From the sequence record PQ868951.1: DNA of 24,000 nt, one strand, 5' to 3'. The notes below the pieces were generated by a model that saw only the letters and a program-made list of their open reading frames with translations, was not told where the DNA came from and did not search any database. Below are positions 20,991-24,000 of the stretch, one piece after another (position 1 is the first letter of the stretch; each line of letters opens with the position of its first letter). Both the position numbers and the translations under genes were made by a program. The DNA is from Curtobacterium phage Pippin15.

Positions 20991-23671
20991 GTGACATCGA
21001 ACTCGAAGACGATGAACTGATGCACTACGGCACCCTCCACAAGTCTGGACGGTATCCGTGGGGATCCGGTGACAACCCGAACCAGCGCAATAAGCAGTTC
21101 CTCGACTACGTCGACTCGCTAGCCAAGCGCGGTCTTAGCGAATCGGATATTGCCAAGGGTACTGGCATGTCTGTCGCTCAGCTGCGTTCGGTGAAGTCCA
21201 ACGCCAAGACCGAGCTGCGTGCAGCCCAGCAGTCTGAGGCTCGTCGCCTCAAGGACGAACGTGGCATGTCCAACATCGCCATCGGTCAGAAAATGGGACT
21301 CAATGAGTCCTCTGTTCGTGCGCTCCTCGACCCGTCTCGAGTCGCTCGCAACAGCACGCTCCAGAACACCGTCAAGATGCTCGAGGAAGAGCTGGCAGAG
21401 AAGGGCGCCATCGACATCGGGTCGGGCGTCGAGCTCCACGCCGGCGTCTCTCGTCAGCAGCTGCTCAACGCCGTCGCATATCTCAAGACCCAGGGTTACG
21501 AGACGCAGTACGAGCGCATCGAGCAGGTGACCACCGGCAAGGAGACCACCCTCAAGGTGCTCCGCCGTGGTGACGTGGACTGGAAGGATATCCGCAACAA
21601 CCCCGAGAAGATCGGGACCATCGCTCAGTTCTCTGACGACAACGGCCGAACCTGGTCGCGTCCGAAGCCGCCTCTTGCGTTTGACCCCAAGCGTCTTGAG
21701 GTTCGCTACGGCGATGAGGGCGGTTCGGATATGGATGGCGTGATGCAGATCCGTCGTGGGGTCGATGACCTCTCGCTCGGTGGCAAGCAGTACGCACAGG
21801 TCCGTATTCAGGTCGGTGACGGTCACTACCTCAAGGGTATGGCCATGTACACCGACGACCTGCCTGATGGTGTGGATATTCGCTTCAACACCAACAAGTC
21901 CAACACCGGCAACAAGCTCGATGCTCTCAAGCCGCTCAAGCGGAACAAAGAGACGGGCGAAGTCGACAAAGACAACCCCTTCGGTGCTCAGATCAGCCGC
22001 CAGATCCTGGATAAGCCGGGCAAGGATGGCAAGCCGACCTCTGTCATGAATATCGTGAACGAGGAAGGTGACTGGGACAAGTGGTCCAAGAATATCAGCT
22101 CACAGGTTCTGTCCAAGCAGTCCACTGAACTGATCAAGAAGCAGCTCGGTCTTCGGCTTGCTGAGAAGCAGGCAGAATATGAAGAGATCATGAACCTCAC
22201 TAACCCTGAGGTGAAGCGGCACTTGCTACAGAAGTTCTCTGATGACATGGATGCTTCGGCTGTACACCTCAAGGCTGCCGCTCTTCCGCGACAGCGCACA
22301 CAGGTGATCCTTCCGATCAACAGTCTGAAGGACAACGAGATCTACGCACCCAACTTCCGTGATGGTGAAGCGGTCGTTCTGGTGCGGTACCCGCATGGTG
22401 GTAAGTTCGAGATTCCTGAGCTGACGGTGAACAACCGTAACCGAGAAGCCAACTCAGTGATCAAGAACGCTATCGACGCAGTCGGCATCAACTCGAACGT
22501 GGCCTCTCGGCTTTCGGGTGCTGACTTCGACGGTGACACCGTTCTGGTGATCCCGAACAACAGCCGTGCCATCAAGACCGAGGCTCCGCTGAAGGGCCTT
22601 AAGGGCTTTGACCCTCAGACAGCCTATCCGGCCTATGAGGGTATGCCCAAGATGTCGGCTAAGACCAAGCAACTCAAGATGGGCGACGTCTCGAACCTCA
22701 TCACCGACATGACTGTCATGGGTGCACCGAACCACGAGCTCGAGAGAGCGGTCCGTCACTCCATGGTCGTCATCGATGCTGAGAAGCACAACCTTAACTG
22801 GCGTCAGTCTGCAAAGGACAATGGCATCGCTGAGCTTAAGGAACGCTACCAGGGTGGTAAGAATGCTGGTGCTGCAACCTTGATCTCTCGTGCCTCATCC
22901 AAGGCTGTGGTCAATGACCGCATTGAGAGGCGTGCTTCGGAGGGTGGACCTATCGATCCTGTTACGGGACGTAAGGTCTACACCGAGACAGGTAAGGGTT
23001 ACACCAATGCCAAGGGTAAGTGGATCCCTCGTACTATCAACAGCACCAAGATGTTCGAGGCTGATGATGCTACATCCCTGATCTCTACAGATGGTACGGT
23101 TCGTGAGCGTTTGTACGCTGACTATGCCAACCGTCTGAAGGGCCTTGGTAACCAGGCTCGTAAGGAGATCCTGGTCACGCCTTCTGCTAAGCGCAGTCCT
23201 CAGGCAGCTAAGGTGTACGCCCCCCAGGTGAAGAAGCTGGATGCCGACCTCAACCTTGCACTACGAAACGCCCCCCTCGAAAGACAGGCCCAGATCCTGG
23301 CCGGTGCCCGTGTGCAGCAGCAGCGGGATGCCAACCCAGGCATGGATGCAGCTGAGCTGAAGAAGGCTCGCAGCATGGCGTTGAGTGATGCCCGTGATCG
23401 TACGGGTGCAGGTAAGCAACGCATCGAGATCACTGGCGATCAGTGGGAAGCAATCCAGGCAGGAGCTATCAGCCCTACCAAGTTGCGTACCATCCTGGAC
23501 AACAGTGACACTGACAAGCTTAAGGAGTGGGCTACCCCACGAGAGAAGCAGGTCATGACGCCTGGTAAGACTGCTAGGGCTAAGGCAATGGCAGCCTCAG
23601 GCTTCACACCTTCGGAGATCGCTGACACTCTTGGCATCTCTGTGTCCACACTGCATGATGCTCTGAAGTAG
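20987..23671 (+). CDS. Two-barrel RNA polymerase-like protein (YonO/beta'-like DFDGD) with helix-turn-helix segments
   Basis: 894 aa. GEAVVLVRYPHGGKFEIP...GINSNVASRLSGADFDGDTVLVIPN resembles beta' region ending NADFDGDQMAVH; upstream YAQVRIQVGDGHYLKGMAMYTDDLPDG; HTH-like segments near N-terminus and at C-terminus. Confidence 0.8.
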   Translation: MSDIELEDDELMHYGTLHKSGRYPWGSGDNPNQRNKQFLDYVDSLAKRGLSESDIAKGTGMSVAQLRSVKSNAKTELRAAQQSEARRLKDERGMSNIAIGQKMGLNESSVRALLDPSRVARNSTLQNTVKMLEEELAEKGAIDIGSGVELHAGVSRQQLLNAVAYLKTQGYETQYERIEQVTTGKETTLKVLRRGDVDWKDIRNNPEKIGTIAQFSDDNGRTWSRPKPPLAFDPKRLEVRYGDEGGSDMDGVMQIRRGVDDLSLGGKQYAQVRIQVGDGHYLKGMAMYTDDLPDGVDIRFNTNKSNTGNKLDALKPLKRNKETGEVDKDNPFGAQISRQILDKPGKDGKPTSVMNIVNEEGDWDKWSKNISSQVLSKQSTELIKKQLGLRLAEKQAEYEEIMNLTNPEVKRHLLQKFSDDMDASAVHLKAAALPRQRTQVILPINSLKDNEIYAPNFRDGEAVVLVRYPHGGKFEIPELTVNNRNREANSVIKNAIDAVGINSNVASRLSGADFDGDTVLVIPNNSRAIKTEAPLKGLKGFDPQTAYPAYEGMPKMSAKTKQLKMGDVSNLITDMTVMGAPNHELERAVRHSMVVIDAEKHNLNWRQSAKDNGIAELKERYQGGKNAGAATLISRASSKAVVNDRIERRASEGGPIDPVTGRKVYTETGKGYTNAKGKWIPRTINSTKMFEADDATSLISTDGTVRERLYADYANRLKGLGNQARKEILVTPSAKRSPQAAKVYAPQVKKLDADLNLALRNAPLERQAQILAGARVQQQRDANPGMDAAELKKARSMALSDARDRTGAGKQRIEITGDQWEAIQAGAISPTKLRTILDNSDTDKLKEWATPREKQVMTPGKTARAKAMAASGFTPSEIADTLGISVSTLHDALK

Positions 23672-23681
23672 GGAGAGTCTG

Positions 23682-23936
23682 ATGACGCAGCACATGCTAA
23701 CGACAGTAGACAATCCCTGGTCACCGGTCACTCACTGGGATGAGTGGCTGGCTTTTGATACCCATGCTGGCTACTCCACCCCTGCCCTCCTGGCCAGGGT
23801 GGCTGCCAGCAGCGACGAGCTGAGTGATGCTGATCAAGATGCAGTACGGGAGGCCGCGATTCGCACAATTTGTGACGAATTGGGCCCTGGTTTCTACATC
23901 ATGGTCGACGCAGACGCTGAAATCGTCGCTACTTAG
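23682..23936 (+). CDS. Conserved small phage protein (84 aa)
   Basis: MLTTVDNPWSPVTHWDEWLAFDTHAGYSTPALLARVAASSDELSDAD...; xLTTVDNPxxPxxxxDEWxxFD...GY.T...LAR pattern recurrent in phages. Confidence 0.75.
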   Translation: MTQHMLTTVDNPWSPVTHWDEWLAFDTHAGYSTPALLARVAASSDELSDADQDAVREAAIRTICDELGPGFYIMVDADAEIVAT

Positions 23937-24000
23937 GGAATTTTCAAAAGGAGGGGGAGGGGGGTCCGAAAAAAGTGACCCCCCTCCGCATCGCCCAGCC

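Noticed and set aside
21219-21530. Forward ORF inside the RNAP-like gene.
   Set aside because: Ser/Arg-rich shadow frame typical of GC-biased coding sequence; the main frame has continuous domain evidence.

Overview
This 24 kb window looks like part of a lytic or temperate phage genome with a GC-rich, probably actinobacterial host. Every convincing gene lies on the + strand in tightly packed, often ATGA/GTGA-coupled cistrons. Recognisable genes: a tail-assembly-chaperone-like protein, an HD-domain hydrolase, an NrdH/glutaredoxin-like protein, and a 1272-aa replication protein that appears to combine an SF3/D5-type helicase, an archaeo-eukaryotic-primase-like segment and an exonuclease-proficient family B DNA polymerase. 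Also present are an ssDNA-binding-like protein, NUMOD4/HNH-type homing-endonuclease-like genes (some apparently degenerate), an SF2 helicase, a VRR-NUC nuclease, a Cas4/RecB-like PD-(D/E)XK nuclease, and an 894-aa protein carrying the DFDGD motif of two-barrel (beta'/YonO-like) RNA polymerases with three candidate helix-turn-helix segments. The most unusual signals are: (1) a strand-asymmetric excess of the word ATAT followed by C/T, present in all three codon phases and in some gaps, and apparently driving use of rare ATA and CTA codons; (2) a roughly 365-bp AT-rich non-coding region (19730-20096) with phased A-tracts, a co-centred nested inverted repeat spanning about 157 bp, a second 13-bp perfect hairpin and a near-identical 18-nt direct repeat, which could be an origin, regulatory region or ncRNA; (3) a second non-coding gap (13012-13289) with three strong hairpins; (4) the helicase-primase-polymerase fusion; (5) the RNAP-like protein; and (6) a 40-aa, 50% Lys/Arg ORF overlapping the end of the SF2 helicase gene. 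All family calls come from motif recognition by eye; no database search or computation was run.
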